Below the pieces are notes generated by a model. The model was not told the DNA's origin and made no database searches. It was given only the letters and a program-made list of their open reading frames with translations. Positions 24,966 through 35,705 of a DNA stretch of 50,118 nucleotides are shown piece after piece. Within the stretch, counting starts at the first letter, position 1. Every line of letters starts with the position of its first letter. The translations under genes and the position numbers were made by a program. This stretch comes from a virus, in IMG/VR virus record IMGVR_UViG_3300007352_000006; one strand, given 5' to 3'.

Positions 24966-25298
24966 ATGGCCCGCACTACGACAGTCAGTGCGAAGGGCAG
25001 CGCCGGAACTCAATCTGCCTGGATTCCGCTTGACCAGCATATCTCCCCGTTCAACGTGGGATTTGGCGTTGTCAAGTCGGGAACCGGGGACATCACCTAT
25101 TCGGTCCAGCATACCTTCAACGACGTGCTGGCCGGAGAAACGGCGACGGCCTTCGATCACTCTTCCGTTTCCGGGGCTACGGGCTCCGTGGACGGAAACT
25201 ACGCCTATCCGGTCAAGGCCGTCCGCCTCAACATCACGGCGGCTTCCGGGGCGTCGTCCCTTCAGTTCTACGTGATCCAGGCCGGGATCACGCAATGA
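24966..25298 (+). CDS. virion-module hypothetical protein, 110 aa
   Basis: ORF in structural block. Confidence 0.55.
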   Translation: MARTTTVSAKGSAGTQSAWIPLDQHISPFNVGFGVVKSGTGDITYSVQHTFNDVLAGETATAFDHSSVSGATGSVDGNYAYPVKAVRLNITAASGASSLQFYVIQAGITQ

Positions 25299-25537
25299 GT
25301 ATCCTGGATTGGTTCCGGCCGAAACCAGAGGTCGAGGTTCCGAAGGAGATTCCTCGGATCGGAGTCAAGGGCAAGGAGATTTCGTTCGGGTCCAAGCCGA
25401 AGAAGAAACGGGCCGAAATGCGTTCCGCGCGAATCCGGGTCAAACTGTCGGAACTGGAAAGCGAGGGACGGTCGGATTCTCCCGAAGCCGAGAAACTCAG
25501 GAAGGAACTCAAGTTCCTGTCCGCATTCACGGGGTAA
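25295..25537 (+). CDS. hypothetical basic protein, 80 aa
   Basis: ATGA overlap start. Confidence 0.45.
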   Translation: MSILDWFRPKPEVEVPKEIPRIGVKGKEISFGSKPKKKRAEMRSARIRVKLSELESEGRSDSPEAEKLRKELKFLSAFTG

Positions 25538-25540
25538 GAC

Positions 25541-25984
25541 ATGGCTTGGGTAGTCTATCCGAACTGGATCAAACTCCAGCACAACGGCTCGGCCGTTGAT
25601 CTGGACCTTGCCAGCAATCTGGCGATGTTCTTCCTGACATCCGCCTACACACCGAACAACGGTGACGGGACTTGGGTCAATGTCACGGCGGCTATGGTGG
25701 CCTCGGGAGCTTCTTATGCCCCTAACGTCGGGAAATCCATTACTTCGCCGACGATCACGCTTGCCACCACGCAGGGCGTTACGACTTTTGACTGCGCTGA
25801 CGTGACTGTAACGGCGGATGCCGGTGGATTCACGAACGCCCGATACGCCATTATTGGAGTCTCTGCCGCAACCACGGCCAATCGACGATTGATCTGCTAT
25901 GCGGATTTGGGTGCCGACAAGACCATCGTGGGCGGTGATCTTGTCATTCAGATGGCAGCCTCCGGCGTGTTCGAGGTCAGTTGA
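25541..25984 (+). CDS. virion-module hypothetical protein, 147 aa
   Basis: ORF in structural block. Confidence 0.55.
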   Translation: MAWVVYPNWIKLQHNGSAVDLDLASNLAMFFLTSAYTPNNGDGTWVNVTAAMVASGASYAPNVGKSITSPTITLATTQGVTTFDCADVTVTADAGGFTNARYAIIGVSAATTANRRLICYADLGADKTIVGGDLVIQMAASGVFEVS

Positions 25985-26487
25985 TGGCTAATTCTTTCAA
26001 GATCGTCTATTCGGCGGTCGTTAATTGCTCCGTACAGGGATTGCATAACCAGGTATCCACCGCTGCGCAGGGATGGCAATCGACCGTTCAGGATAATGCT
26101 ACGGCTGCGGGTGGGTTTCAAGACGCCCTAGTCATGCCGACAATCTCGTTCAATGCGACGGCGGCACCGGCCAATTCCAAAGCCGCTTTCATCTATGCCT
26201 ATGCAGGCGTATCAGCGGATAATCTGACCAATCCAGCTACTGGTACGGAAGGTACGTTGAACGTGGTTGATTTTACGTCCAATGCGCTTGCCATGAGACT
26301 CATTGGAACAATTCCGTATACAACCCAAGGGGAAACGGTTGAGGGCGGACCATTTTCGGTGGCACAGGGATTCGGTGGTATTCTTCCACCCTATTGGGGG
26401 ATTTTCATTCTTAATCATTCCGGCGCTCAGGTTTCCGCCGCCGGCAGTTCCGTCAAATACGTCTATGTGCATGTGACGGCGGCTTGA
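25984..26487 (+). CDS. virion-module hypothetical protein, 167 aa
   Basis: ATG 25984 overlaps the upstream TGA. Confidence 0.55.
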   Translation: MANSFKIVYSAVVNCSVQGLHNQVSTAAQGWQSTVQDNATAAGGFQDALVMPTISFNATAAPANSKAAFIYAYAGVSADNLTNPATGTEGTLNVVDFTSNALAMRLIGTIPYTTQGETVEGGPFSVAQGFGGILPPYWGIFILNHSGAQVSAAGSSVKYVYVHVTAA

Positions 26488-26488
26488 T

Positions 26489-27739
26489 GTGGCCGCGCTC
26501 CTGAACCCCCAACGCTGGCTGACGAAGCCGAGCTATCCGGTCGAAGCCAACGAAGCGCACTGGTTTGCACAGCAATGCAGTCTGATCATGCCGATGTGGC
26601 AGGACCACGGGCTGATCAATGTTGGGCGCCGCCGGGATATCGTGCCGGCGTTCAGTGGCAATTCACGGATGTCGGTCGATGCATTCGACCAGCACTACAA
26701 CATCGCGACCCTTGGCGACTACATCGATTGCGGCGCCGTTACACCGCTTCAAGTCAATAGTTTTACGCTTCTCTGTGTTGTCCGCCCCGGCACCATCGCG
26801 GCCATCACGACCGTTGCGCAATCGAACTTCACGGCTGGCGCGGCGAGTGACAGTGGGATGCAATTCCGTCTCAGCGCTCTAGGGAAAGTTGACCTCATCA
26901 AGGACAACGTCGCTGCGATCTATGGCGGCACTCGGGCCCTGACCACGACAAAGGCGCACGCCGTCGGGCTTTCGTACAATTCATCCACGGGGCTTTGCAG
27001 CGTCGCCATCGATGGCACCCCGGATGGTACAGCGACATCAGCCCAGACCTTCACGCACAACAAGTTTGTGCTCGGCCGGAAGCGCGGGAACGATCTTACG
27101 GAGACACAACTTCACCGCGATTATCTGTTCGCCCACGCTGGTTATATCGCGACGATGGCCGAACTCTGCAATCTGACCGCCGAGCCCTACGCCATCCTGC
27201 GCCCGCGCCGGTCGATGCTATACTTTCCTGTATCTGTTGCCGGTGGCGGGGAAACCGTCCAGATCGGCAAGGGAACGATCTCCTATGCCGAGAAAATTCC
27301 TCAATCCAATGTATTCTATCTTATCGGCCGGACGGCCATTCAGTATACCGGAAAGGCTACCGCAACAAGATTGATCACATCGGTCGCTCGTGGGGCGGTA
27401 AATTACAATGAAAAGACCCTGAAGGCGAATTCCTATTCCGCCGTCGGCAAGGGTTCGGCGGCGTATTCCGGCAAGGCCACAAACGCACGGTCCTTCATCG
27501 AGATAGCGAAGGATACAATTATCTATGCCGGAAAGGCGGTAACGACTCTCGGACAATCCATCGTCAACATCGCCACCGGGGCGATAAACTACACCGGAAA
27601 AGCCATTGCCACCGGAGCCACGGCCATATTCTCGGTATGGCTTGGCCGTTCGGTGGCTCGTATCACTGCATCTCTGAGATCGGGAGTCGGAAGGAGCGGC
27701 ATGTCAACCGTGTCGAACGAGGAAGATGTCAATCCGTAA
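26489..27739 (+). CDS. LamG/concanavalin-like domain protein with C-terminal 20-aa tandem repeats
   Basis: GTG start; FTLLCVVRPG ... GLSYNSSTGLCSVAIDG ... FVLGRKR LamG-like core; about six x-I-x-Y-x-G-K-A repeats. Confidence 0.55.
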   Translation: MAALLNPQRWLTKPSYPVEANEAHWFAQQCSLIMPMWQDHGLINVGRRRDIVPAFSGNSRMSVDAFDQHYNIATLGDYIDCGAVTPLQVNSFTLLCVVRPGTIAAITTVAQSNFTAGAASDSGMQFRLSALGKVDLIKDNVAAIYGGTRALTTTKAHAVGLSYNSSTGLCSVAIDGTPDGTATSAQTFTHNKFVLGRKRGNDLTETQLHRDYLFAHAGYIATMAELCNLTAEPYAILRPRRSMLYFPVSVAGGGETVQIGKGTISYAEKIPQSNVFYLIGRTAIQYTGKATATRLITSVARGAVNYNEKTLKANSYSAVGKGSAAYSGKATNARSFIEIAKDTIIYAGKAVTTLGQSIVNIATGAINYTGKAIATGATAIFSVWLGRSVARITASLRSGVGRSGMSTVSNEEDVNP

Positions 27740-28112
27740 CACTCACGCGGTCGGCGACTATTTGATGGTGTCCGACGAAAGCGGATTCACGCATTACGCC
27801 TCGGAGATGGTCCGGACATGGGACGGCAGATGGGTTCACAAGGACGAATGGGAGCCCAGACATCCGCAGGATTTCGTCCGCGCCAAGAACGACCCTGTTT
27901 CCCTTCAGATCGTCCGTCCGAATCAGACCGTTTCGGCCGTCCCGACAAGCGCGGAAAGCATCGTCGGGCTTCTGACCGTGGGCGAGACGGGGATTCAGAC
28001 CGTCTACGGTCCAGCAACGCATATCTTCGACCCCGATGATCTCTGGCATCAGCTTCTCTCGCCAATAGGAATCGGGGACATGGAAATCGGAACAACTTTC
28101 ATCGTGTCATGA
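27726..28112 (+). CDS. virion-module hypothetical protein, 128 aa
   Basis: ORF in structural block. Confidence 0.5.
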   Translation: MSIRNTHAVGDYLMVSDESGFTHYASEMVRTWDGRWVHKDEWEPRHPQDFVRAKNDPVSLQIVRPNQTVSAVPTSAESIVGLLTVGETGIQTVYGPATHIFDPDDLWHQLLSPIGIGDMEIGTTFIVS

Positions 28113-28453
28113 CAGCACAAACGCGCGCCGTCAACAAAGCCGTCTTCGAACAGGGGGACAGACCCCAAGGCTCGAATTATGTCGATTTGATCGATTCGTT
28201 CCTGTCATTGCAGGATACGACCGCCCAGACGATGAATTCCGATCTCACCGCACAGGTTATTACCGCGACTGAAGTTTCGGCCGGAACCGTGAATGCAGCT
28301 ACCGTCTCGGTTTCCGCCCTTACTGTCACGGTGACAACGACTGTCGCCGCGTCCGGTGGAGTCGGCGGAGCGGTTCCAACATCCGCAGACGGGTTTTTCC
28401 CGATCACGGTTGGGGGGAATATCCGTTACGTTCCGTTCTTCAAAGTCAAATAA
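28109..28453 (+). CDS. fiber-like small protein, 114 aa
   Basis: FEQGDRPQGSNYVDLIDSF N-terminal motif shared with 35067..35705; Thr/Val-rich. Confidence 0.5.
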   Translation: MTAQTRAVNKAVFEQGDRPQGSNYVDLIDSFLSLQDTTAQTMNSDLTAQVITATEVSAGTVNAATVSVSALTVTVTTTVAASGGVGGAVPTSADGFFPITVGGNIRYVPFFKVK

Positions 28454-29146
28454 ATGGCCCTGACAGACCTCCGCCAGACCTCAATTCAGATCGTCAACCG
28501 GGTGCAGAGAAAGCTTGGGGTCAATGCGACTGCCTCGCTTGCCTCCACAAAACATTCCATCGTCCTGACCGATCTTCTGAACGAGGTTGTTTCAGACCTG
28601 TCCGATGCCGGCGAATGGCAGGAAATGATTCGCGAGGTCAATGTCACTGCTGCGACCTCGACAATCACCTATTCCGTCGAGACATCCGCCGTCGTTCATC
28701 ATATCTCGGAAATTGCCTTTGATACCGACGTATCTCCCCTGAGTGTCGTGGATGTCGAGGAAATCCGTCGCCTCAATCGTCTTTCCGGGACCGGGAGGCC
28801 GAGACACTTTTCCCCGTTTGGAACCGATTCGGTTGGGAACCCGCAAATCCGCGTCCATCCACAGCCCGGCTCGAATGAAAATGGGAAACTCCTGAAAATA
28901 CTCTACTACCAGAAGCCACGTCTCTACACGACCTCGGACGATTCCATTTCCATCCCGTTCCCTGCCGATGTCGTTTTCCAGGGTTTGTATGCAAAGGCCC
29001 TTTTGGAAGAAAACGGGGGCGAACAAACCAGACAATACCAGACTGCCTATGCTGAATATGAACGGATGAAGCAGGAGGCGATAAACCGCTTCACCACGGA
29101 CACCGGGACCGACATGAACATCGTTCCGATGGGCGGGCGTGGATGA
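28454..29146 (+). CDS. putative tail adaptor / tubular-A-like protein, 230 aa
   Basis: Size and position upstream of a 674-aa tail protein, as in podoviruses. Confidence 0.4.
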   Translation: MALTDLRQTSIQIVNRVQRKLGVNATASLASTKHSIVLTDLLNEVVSDLSDAGEWQEMIREVNVTAATSTITYSVETSAVVHHISEIAFDTDVSPLSVVDVEEIRRLNRLSGTGRPRHFSPFGTDSVGNPQIRVHPQPGSNENGKLLKILYYQKPRLYTTSDDSISIPFPADVVFQGLYAKALLEENGGEQTRQYQTAYAEYERMKQEAINRFTTDTGTDMNIVPMGGRG

Positions 29147-31167
29147 GCCGGCGAGAGGTCGTCTATCCCGTTGCTTCGAAGGGAATGGCGACGGCATACG
29201 CGGAAGCCGAACTCCCGATTGATTATGCAGCCTATATCCGGAATCGCTTTCTCAATGCCGCTGGTGGATATGAGAAGCGCGAAGGGATTTCCCAGCTAGG
29301 TTCCACCATAAGCGGTTCTCCGACGCTTACGGGAGTCCATGAGCTTATCAAATCCGATGGCACCGCGATCCTGTTCGTTTCCGGGAACGGGAAAATTTAC
29401 AAATACGATGATGTTTCCGCATGGTCGCAGGTCTATGCTTTCGAGAACACGACGGCTCATGTCCATGCCGTCCAGTTCGATAAGAGACTGATCTTCTGCA
29501 ACGGCTCAAACAGGGATATCTATACCGAGGACGGTACCACATTCAAGGAATTGGTCCCGCTCATTGAGATCGGAAAGACGACATCCGGGACAAACGAAAC
29601 CGGGCTGCATGATTCCGATATAACGAACTGGATTTCGGCGACCGATGTGGCGGTAAACGATCTGGTCTACAACGTGACCAGAGGTGGATACGGCATTGTC
29701 ACGGCTGTAACGACCGCTTCCGTCTCGCATACCAGAATCGCCCCCAACGGAACGGGAATCGGTATTGTCGCGGCCACGGCTTCCGCCGGCGATGCCTATG
29801 AAATCCACGATCTGGTAGAACTCAACATCATCCCGGTCGGAAACGATCTCGACAATACCGCGATTCTCACAAGCGGAGCCTCAGCCACCGTCGTTGCGGT
29901 TTCGGGAGTGAATTTCTCGACCACGGAGGTCAGGGCCGGCGATATCATCTATAATTCGACCCGGAATGCCGCCACTCAGGTAGTCACAGCATCGGCAAAT
30001 CTTGTCGTTACGTCAGTCGCCGGACAAACCTCGGGAGACACGATCACCCTCCACAAGTCGGCGATGCCAATATCGACGATCATGCACGTCCATTATGGGC
30101 GGTTGTATCATTTGGATGCGAGAGACAAAAAGAAAATCCGTATCTCGGGGGCGAATGATCCGCAGGACATGACCTCGGATGCCGGGACACTGGATTCGAT
30201 CTCGTTCAATGTAGGCGCCCTTCAGCCGTTCGGGGATACGATCCAGAATATGGCGTCGTTCCAGCGGTTCTTTGTCATCGCTGGAAAGCATAATATCTTC
30301 GCCTATACCGGGACTACCCCCATTGGGACGGGGGCGGATTTCAGCCCCGTCGGTTTATTTCCTCAGGGTCTTGTTGCCGAACACGGTCTTGTCTCTCTTG
30401 GTAACGACGTTGCGATAGTCACGCACGATGGTATTCAGGCGCTTTCGGTAATCGACGATTCGTCCAATTTGAATCGAGCGAATATCTCCGAAGCCATCCG
30501 GCCGACGCTGCGGAAGGAAATCAATGCCACGAACCCCGATAATATCTGGGCTGTTCACTATCCCCAGAGATCGTGGTTGCTCCTGAAGGTCGGCTCACTT
30601 CTCTACTGCTATACCTATTCCACGGTCGGAAGGGATAAGCAGGGAAGACCTATCCCCGGCGGATGGACGGTTTTCGATGGTCCGTTTGCCCAGCAGAGAG
30701 CCTATTACGTCCGCCAGAACGGCGATCTGATCTGCTGCGGTACAGGTGGGAAGGTCTATGAATTCGACACCGGCATTTATTCCGACGACAGCCGGACGAT
30801 CCCGACCGAATACCGTACCGGATGGCTTGATCTCGAAGAGCCGAAGCTGACCAATCGCATCAAGCAAGGGACTTATATCAAGCCGGTCATCGATGCGGCC
30901 TCCACGGTTTATACCATCCGTGCCGAATCGCCCTATGACTTCGAAAGTTCGGATGTCATAGAAATTTCGGCCACCGGGGCCTCCTCTCCTATCGGCGTCG
31001 CGGTTATCGGTGAAACTATTATCGGCGGGTCGTCGGTGCAGAACGAGAAGTACTCTCTCCGGTGGAGGGGGGAATCCGTCCGTCTCACGTTCACGACTGA
31101 CGACGCGAATGGTCCCGATACGCTTTCTCGCTTCTCCCTCTACGTCAACGTTCTGGGCAGAGAATAA
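29143..31167 (+). CDS. putative tail tubular-B/nozzle-like protein, 674 aa
   Basis: Large beta-rich protein in T7-like gene order. Confidence 0.45.
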   Translation: MSRREVVYPVASKGMATAYAEAELPIDYAAYIRNRFLNAAGGYEKREGISQLGSTISGSPTLTGVHELIKSDGTAILFVSGNGKIYKYDDVSAWSQVYAFENTTAHVHAVQFDKRLIFCNGSNRDIYTEDGTTFKELVPLIEIGKTTSGTNETGLHDSDITNWISATDVAVNDLVYNVTRGGYGIVTAVTTASVSHTRIAPNGTGIGIVAATASAGDAYEIHDLVELNIIPVGNDLDNTAILTSGASATVVAVSGVNFSTTEVRAGDIIYNSTRNAATQVVTASANLVVTSVAGQTSGDTITLHKSAMPISTIMHVHYGRLYHLDARDKKKIRISGANDPQDMTSDAGTLDSISFNVGALQPFGDTIQNMASFQRFFVIAGKHNIFAYTGTTPIGTGADFSPVGLFPQGLVAEHGLVSLGNDVAIVTHDGIQALSVIDDSSNLNRANISEAIRPTLRKEINATNPDNIWAVHYPQRSWLLLKVGSLLYCYTYSTVGRDKQGRPIPGGWTVFDGPFAQQRAYYVRQNGDLICCGTGGKVYEFDTGIYSDDSRTIPTEYRTGWLDLEEPKLTNRIKQGTYIKPVIDAASTVYTIRAESPYDFESSDVIEISATGASSPIGVAVIGETIIGGSSVQNEKYSLRWRGESVRLTFTTDDANGPDTLSRFSLYVNVLGRE

Positions 31168-31793
31168 TGCTCGACTTTCTCAAGGATATCGCCGGCATCG
31201 GTTCGGCGGCAACGGGTATCGCATCCCTTTTCATGGGGGGCGACGAACCCGAGGGCATGGCCGAACTTCGGGGCACTGCGGCGCAGCAGCAACGCTATGC
31301 CTCCGCGCTGGTGAATCCCGATGATCTTCTTTACAAGCAGCTTGTCGCTGAGGGAGAAACTGCGTCCAAGGCCGATCTTGCGGAGGCCATCAGACAAATC
31401 GCCATCCGGAACCGTCGTGATACCGCCCGCACCGGAATGGGCATCCTGAACCCTGAAAGACGGGACGAATCTCTCGCCCAGGCGTTTGCGAAATCCTACG
31501 AATCCTCCCGGCTCAACGCCCGTCTTGCGGCGAGAAACTATCTAGCCCAAGCTGCGGGATTGAATGCGAACACGGCCTCGATGTTCGGTAATCTCATGCA
31601 GGCATCCATGCTTCAGGGTGCATTGAACAGAGGCCAGACCGCCTCTGGGCTTCAGGCCCTTTTCACGGGATTGGGGAAGGTTCCCTCCATTCTTGATTCG
31701 CAATTCGGCGATAAGCCCCTTAACGGTTCATCTTCAACAGTCTCCCAGCCTTACGTCTCACGATTCGGCACCGGCAGAACGGACGAACAGTAA
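31167..31793 (+). CDS. putative internal virion protein, 208 aa
   Basis: Helical, Ala/Gln-rich; position after tail tube genes. Confidence 0.4.
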   Translation: MLDFLKDIAGIGSAATGIASLFMGGDEPEGMAELRGTAAQQQRYASALVNPDDLLYKQLVAEGETASKADLAEAIRQIAIRNRRDTARTGMGILNPERRDESLAQAFAKSYESSRLNARLAARNYLAQAAGLNANTASMFGNLMQASMLQGALNRGQTASGLQALFTGLGKVPSILDSQFGDKPLNGSSSTVSQPYVSRFGTGRTDEQ

Positions 31794-33055
31794 TGGACGA
31801 TCTCTCCACTGCGCTCGCGCAATCCCGAGACAGGATCACGGAACTCCTGCGCCCTAAGGAAAGCGGCCTCATGGATGTCGGCATGGCTGCGCTTGAGGCT
31901 TACGGAACCGGGAAACCGTTTTCGCAGATTTACAAAGCCGGGGAATCCGAGAATCTGAACAAGGCGTCGGCGCTCTACAACATGTTCCGGCAGGAACGTC
32001 AGTTCGGGTTGCAGGAACGGGGACTCCAGCGTCAGAATCGATTGGCCGATCTCCAGGAAGCGAAGATGGTCTTCGACATGACCACTACCGCTGCGGATAG
32101 GGGTGACAAACGCGCGAAGGCTGTTCAAGAAGCCGTTTACGGGATCACCGACAATCCTAACGAGCGAATGGATATCCTTCATCGGCTCTACAAAGACCCC
32201 GACCCCGTAACCCCGACGAATGTTCATGAAAAGATCGCTGGTCTGGGAATTGGACTGACGGGAAAGCCGAAAAACGTCCAGACCGTCCAGACGGCCGAAG
32301 GCGTATATGCCCTGACCCCCGAGGGTGGATTGGGGACCAGATTCGGTTCTCCGGCCACGGCGGCTGCCCCGGCACCCTATGAAAAAACCGAGCAGCAGGG
32401 ATTGGGGAAGTTCGGGGCCGAAACTTATACCGGATATCTTACGAAAGCTCGTACCGCCCAGACCTTTTTGGACCGACTTGACGGCGTTTCGATTCTTCTG
32501 GATCAGGTGAGGAATCAAGGTGCCGGCGGGCCGATGCTGAATACGATTTCCTCATATCTCCAGACCTTCGGGATTGATCCAGCGAGAGTCACCCCCTTCT
32601 TGCAGAACGCCGGCCCCGGCGAAGCCTCCCAAGCCCTTTCGAATGCGCTTATCAAGGAAAGCATCGGTTCCCTGGGGTCTGGTGTATCCGAAGGAGACAG
32701 GAAACTGGTCACAACCATGTTTCCCCAGCTTGGGTTCACCAAGGAAGGTAATAATTTACTCACGGATGCCCTGCGGAGGATGTCGCAGAGGCAGTTGGAA
32801 ATCGCCCGGTTCGCGCAGGACTACCGCACTAGTGGAAAGTCATTGGTCGATCTCGACCTTGCGATTGCGAGTGAATTTGCGGGAAAACCCATTTTCGATC
32901 AGACATTTATCTCGCAGGCCCGGTCGGTCGCCTCGACCTCTCGACCTCCTGAAGTTCCTCCGGACGTAACCCAGCGGACGATAGGGGCAAAATACTGGTC
33001 GCCGAAACTTAACCGTGTCGTCATCTGGCGCGGGGACGGGTGGGATACGGAATGA
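31793..33055 (+). CDS. putative internal virion protein, 420 aa
   Basis: TAATG overlap; position. Confidence 0.4.
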   Translation: MDDLSTALAQSRDRITELLRPKESGLMDVGMAALEAYGTGKPFSQIYKAGESENLNKASALYNMFRQERQFGLQERGLQRQNRLADLQEAKMVFDMTTTAADRGDKRAKAVQEAVYGITDNPNERMDILHRLYKDPDPVTPTNVHEKIAGLGIGLTGKPKNVQTVQTAEGVYALTPEGGLGTRFGSPATAAAPAPYEKTEQQGLGKFGAETYTGYLTKARTAQTFLDRLDGVSILLDQVRNQGAGGPMLNTISSYLQTFGIDPARVTPFLQNAGPGEASQALSNALIKESIGSLGSGVSEGDRKLVTTMFPQLGFTKEGNNLLTDALRRMSQRQLEIARFAQDYRTSGKSLVDLDLAIASEFAGKPIFDQTFISQARSVASTSRPPEVPPDVTQRTIGAKYWSPKLNRVVIWRGDGWDTE

Positions 33056-35070
33056 CCAGACTTTCCGACGCTGACGTTCTCGGGACCACTCCAAATACCA
33101 GACTGACTGACGCAGATGTCATCGGAGAGGCCCCGCAGAAGCCGAGATTTGACGTTTCAGGGGCCTTGAAGGCATTTGAGGACCCGAGAGCCCTTGAGGC
33201 GATGGGCGCCCCAGAACGAGTTATGGGCGGAATGGTGGGCCAGACCATTCAGGGCTTCAACGTTGGTTTGGCTGAAATGCTCTCCATCCCGACCCGCCTC
33301 AATAATCTTGCCCGCGAAGCAGTGGGTATGGAGACTGTCCCAGATGCGAGGCAAGTCTTTGAAAAACTTGGCGTAATTTCCGGCAGGAAACCGGAAAACA
33401 TCGCAGAGGAATTCGTCGGGCGAATCGGAGAGGAGTTAGGGGCTGTAACAGCTACTGGCGGGGCGGTTCTTGGTGCCGGTCGAGCCGTGGGCAGGGCGGG
33501 CGGTGTAGTCGCCAATCTTCTAAGGGAGGCGGCGAGGGACCCTGTTGGATTCCTGAGGCGGGAACTCAAGCTCGGTGTCGGTGCCGGGGCTGGGGCCGGA
33601 GTAGCAGAACAGGTTGCCCCGGACCAGCCCTTGGTGGAGTTGGGTGCGCAGATAGCCGGCGCGACGATAGCCGGCAGGCCACCGAAAATGCCCGCCGGAC
33701 AGAAGGCTGTTGCCGAATCTCTTGAACAAGCCGCCGGGGTTGAGGGTCGTCTATTGCGTTCGGAAATTACCGAAGGTGAGGCGGCGGTGAGAGAAGTCAT
33801 TCCCGACTATCCCGTTACCGTGGCACAGGCCACCGGAAGACCAGGCTTGGCCGGCATGGAACAATCTATGCGTGGACAGGAATATGGGCGCCCTCTTTCC
33901 GAACGGTTGTCCTATCAGCAGCAATTGGAGAAAGAAGCCCTTCTAGGGCCATCCCCGATCCGTATGGAGCCGGAACAAGCCGGTCTTGCGATTCGAGAGG
34001 AATTGGAAACTGGCTATAAGGCTGTGAAGGGTGCGAGAAAGACTGCCGCGGAGCCGCTTTTCACGGCGGCCGAGAAAAGCACCACTCCCGTAGATACGAA
34101 ATCCATACTTGATTTTGTTGACGAACGAATCGGCGCAACAAAAGGCGCTATTCGTTCTGCGCTGGAATCTGTTCGGAACGATCTATTTTCCGGGAAGGAA
34201 CTGGATACCACCGCATCCGGCATGATGGCGACGCGGAAAGCTATCGGAGAACGTCTCGACGCCATTGGGGAGCGAAGACTATCCAATCTCCAGCGTACCG
34301 AACTCATTACGATTCGAGACAAGATCGATGAAGTGATGCAGGCCGTCCCTGAATTCGCACAGGCACAGGCCGAATTCAAGCGTCTTTCCTCACCTGTTAA
34401 TATCTATACCGAACGCCCTGCTGTTTCTGGTGTTCTGGAAAAAGACCGTCTGACAAAACGATACGATATCGAAGCCTCACAAGTTCCAAAGGAATTCGTC
34501 GGACTTCAGAAAGCACAACCGGAAACATTCCGCCAACTTGTCGAGGCTACCGGATCGAGATCAAATGCCGTGGAAGCGGCTAAAAACATCCTTGGCCAGA
34601 CGCTGGAACGGAAAATGTCATCCGGTGAGGGCGTCTTGACGGCGCAGAAAATGGGCGAAGTCGTGGCGAATTTCGCGCCGTTGATTCGAGAGGCATATGG
34701 CCCCGATCAGCTTCAGAGAATCAACGAACTTCGTCGCGTCGTCGCCATGCGGGAGGTCTCCACAAAACCCGTCTCGGCATGGGCAAGACAATCTACAACT
34801 GCGGAGAAAATGGCCGGCACGGCACAGATCATAGATACTCTATGGCCGGGGCGTGCTCTGGCACTCAAATTTCCCTTCGCAGCGCAATGGGGTCGCAGAG
34901 CACTTCAAGGCGCTGGAGAACGAGAAGCACAAAGACGTGCCGTGATCCTTCGCGACGCCATGCTCGACCCACAGATTGCTAAAGACCTTCTCACGAAACT
35001 CGATTCCGTCAGGGCCGAACAGGCCATTACAAGACTTAATCTCTATCTTGCCAACACGGGGCAGGAATGA
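33052..35070 (+). CDS. putative internal virion/ejection protein, 672 aa
   Basis: ATG 33052 in an ATGA overlap (track start 33040 is GTG); helical, Gly/Ala-rich membrane-like segment. Confidence 0.4.
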   Translation: MTRLSDADVLGTTPNTRLTDADVIGEAPQKPRFDVSGALKAFEDPRALEAMGAPERVMGGMVGQTIQGFNVGLAEMLSIPTRLNNLAREAVGMETVPDARQVFEKLGVISGRKPENIAEEFVGRIGEELGAVTATGGAVLGAGRAVGRAGGVVANLLREAARDPVGFLRRELKLGVGAGAGAGVAEQVAPDQPLVELGAQIAGATIAGRPPKMPAGQKAVAESLEQAAGVEGRLLRSEITEGEAAVREVIPDYPVTVAQATGRPGLAGMEQSMRGQEYGRPLSERLSYQQQLEKEALLGPSPIRMEPEQAGLAIREELETGYKAVKGARKTAAEPLFTAAEKSTTPVDTKSILDFVDERIGATKGAIRSALESVRNDLFSGKELDTTASGMMATRKAIGERLDAIGERRLSNLQRTELITIRDKIDEVMQAVPEFAQAQAEFKRLSSPVNIYTERPAVSGVLEKDRLTKRYDIEASQVPKEFVGLQKAQPETFRQLVEATGSRSNAVEAAKNILGQTLERKMSSGEGVLTAQKMGEVVANFAPLIREAYGPDQLQRINELRRVVAMREVSTKPVSAWARQSTTAEKMAGTAQIIDTLWPGRALALKFPFAAQWGRRALQGAGEREAQRRAVILRDAMLDPQIAKDLLTKLDSVRAEQAITRLNLYLANTGQE

Positions 35071-35705
35071 CCATTAAAACCAAGACATCCCTGAAATCAT
35101 ACTTCGAAACCGGGGACAAACCAACACAGGCAGAATTTGCGAACTTGATAGACACGTTCTATCGGGATTCCCTGCTTGCCATTGCAACAGCAGCGGAAAC
35201 CGACAAGACCGGAATCATTGAAATCCAGGCATCGGCACTTGTCACGGCATTACCTGTCGGAGCAGTTGGAAGACAACTGATCTCCGTCGCCGCCACGGCT
35301 TCGGCGAGAATGGCCCTTGGGATCACGTCGGCGGCCGGAACAATTCTCGACGCCTCTACTACTGCCGCCGCCAGACAAGCCCTGAATATCGAGACGGATT
35401 CGTTTTCCGTTTTCATCGAGGAACCGCAGAACAAGACTTATGTTCTCGACCTGAAAGCAGCTTATCCATATACGATTTCATGGGTTGCCGTAAAGACTTC
35501 GGCCGGATCAGTAATCTGCAATCACCAGATTGAGGGGGTTTCGATCACCAATATGTCCGCCGTAACGGCCGGATCGACAGAACAGACCGCATCTGCTGGA
35601 GGGGCGAATTCCGTCGCATTGGGAAATACCTATCAGGTCGTTCTCACCGGGAATTCGACCGCCGCCGATCTTTCAATGACCATCGCTTATCAGAGGACCG
35701 GATGA
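35067..35705 (+). CDS. putative tail fiber protein, 212 aa
   Basis: N-terminal SLKSYFETGDKPTQAEFANLIDTF motif common in phage fibers. Confidence 0.5.
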   Translation: MTIKTKTSLKSYFETGDKPTQAEFANLIDTFYRDSLLAIATAAETDKTGIIEIQASALVTALPVGAVGRQLISVAATASARMALGITSAAGTILDASTTAAARQALNIETDSFSVFIEEPQNKTYVLDLKAAYPYTISWVAVKTSAGSVICNHQIEGVSITNMSAVTAGSTEQTASAGGANSVALGNTYQVVLTGNSTAADLSMTIAYQRTG

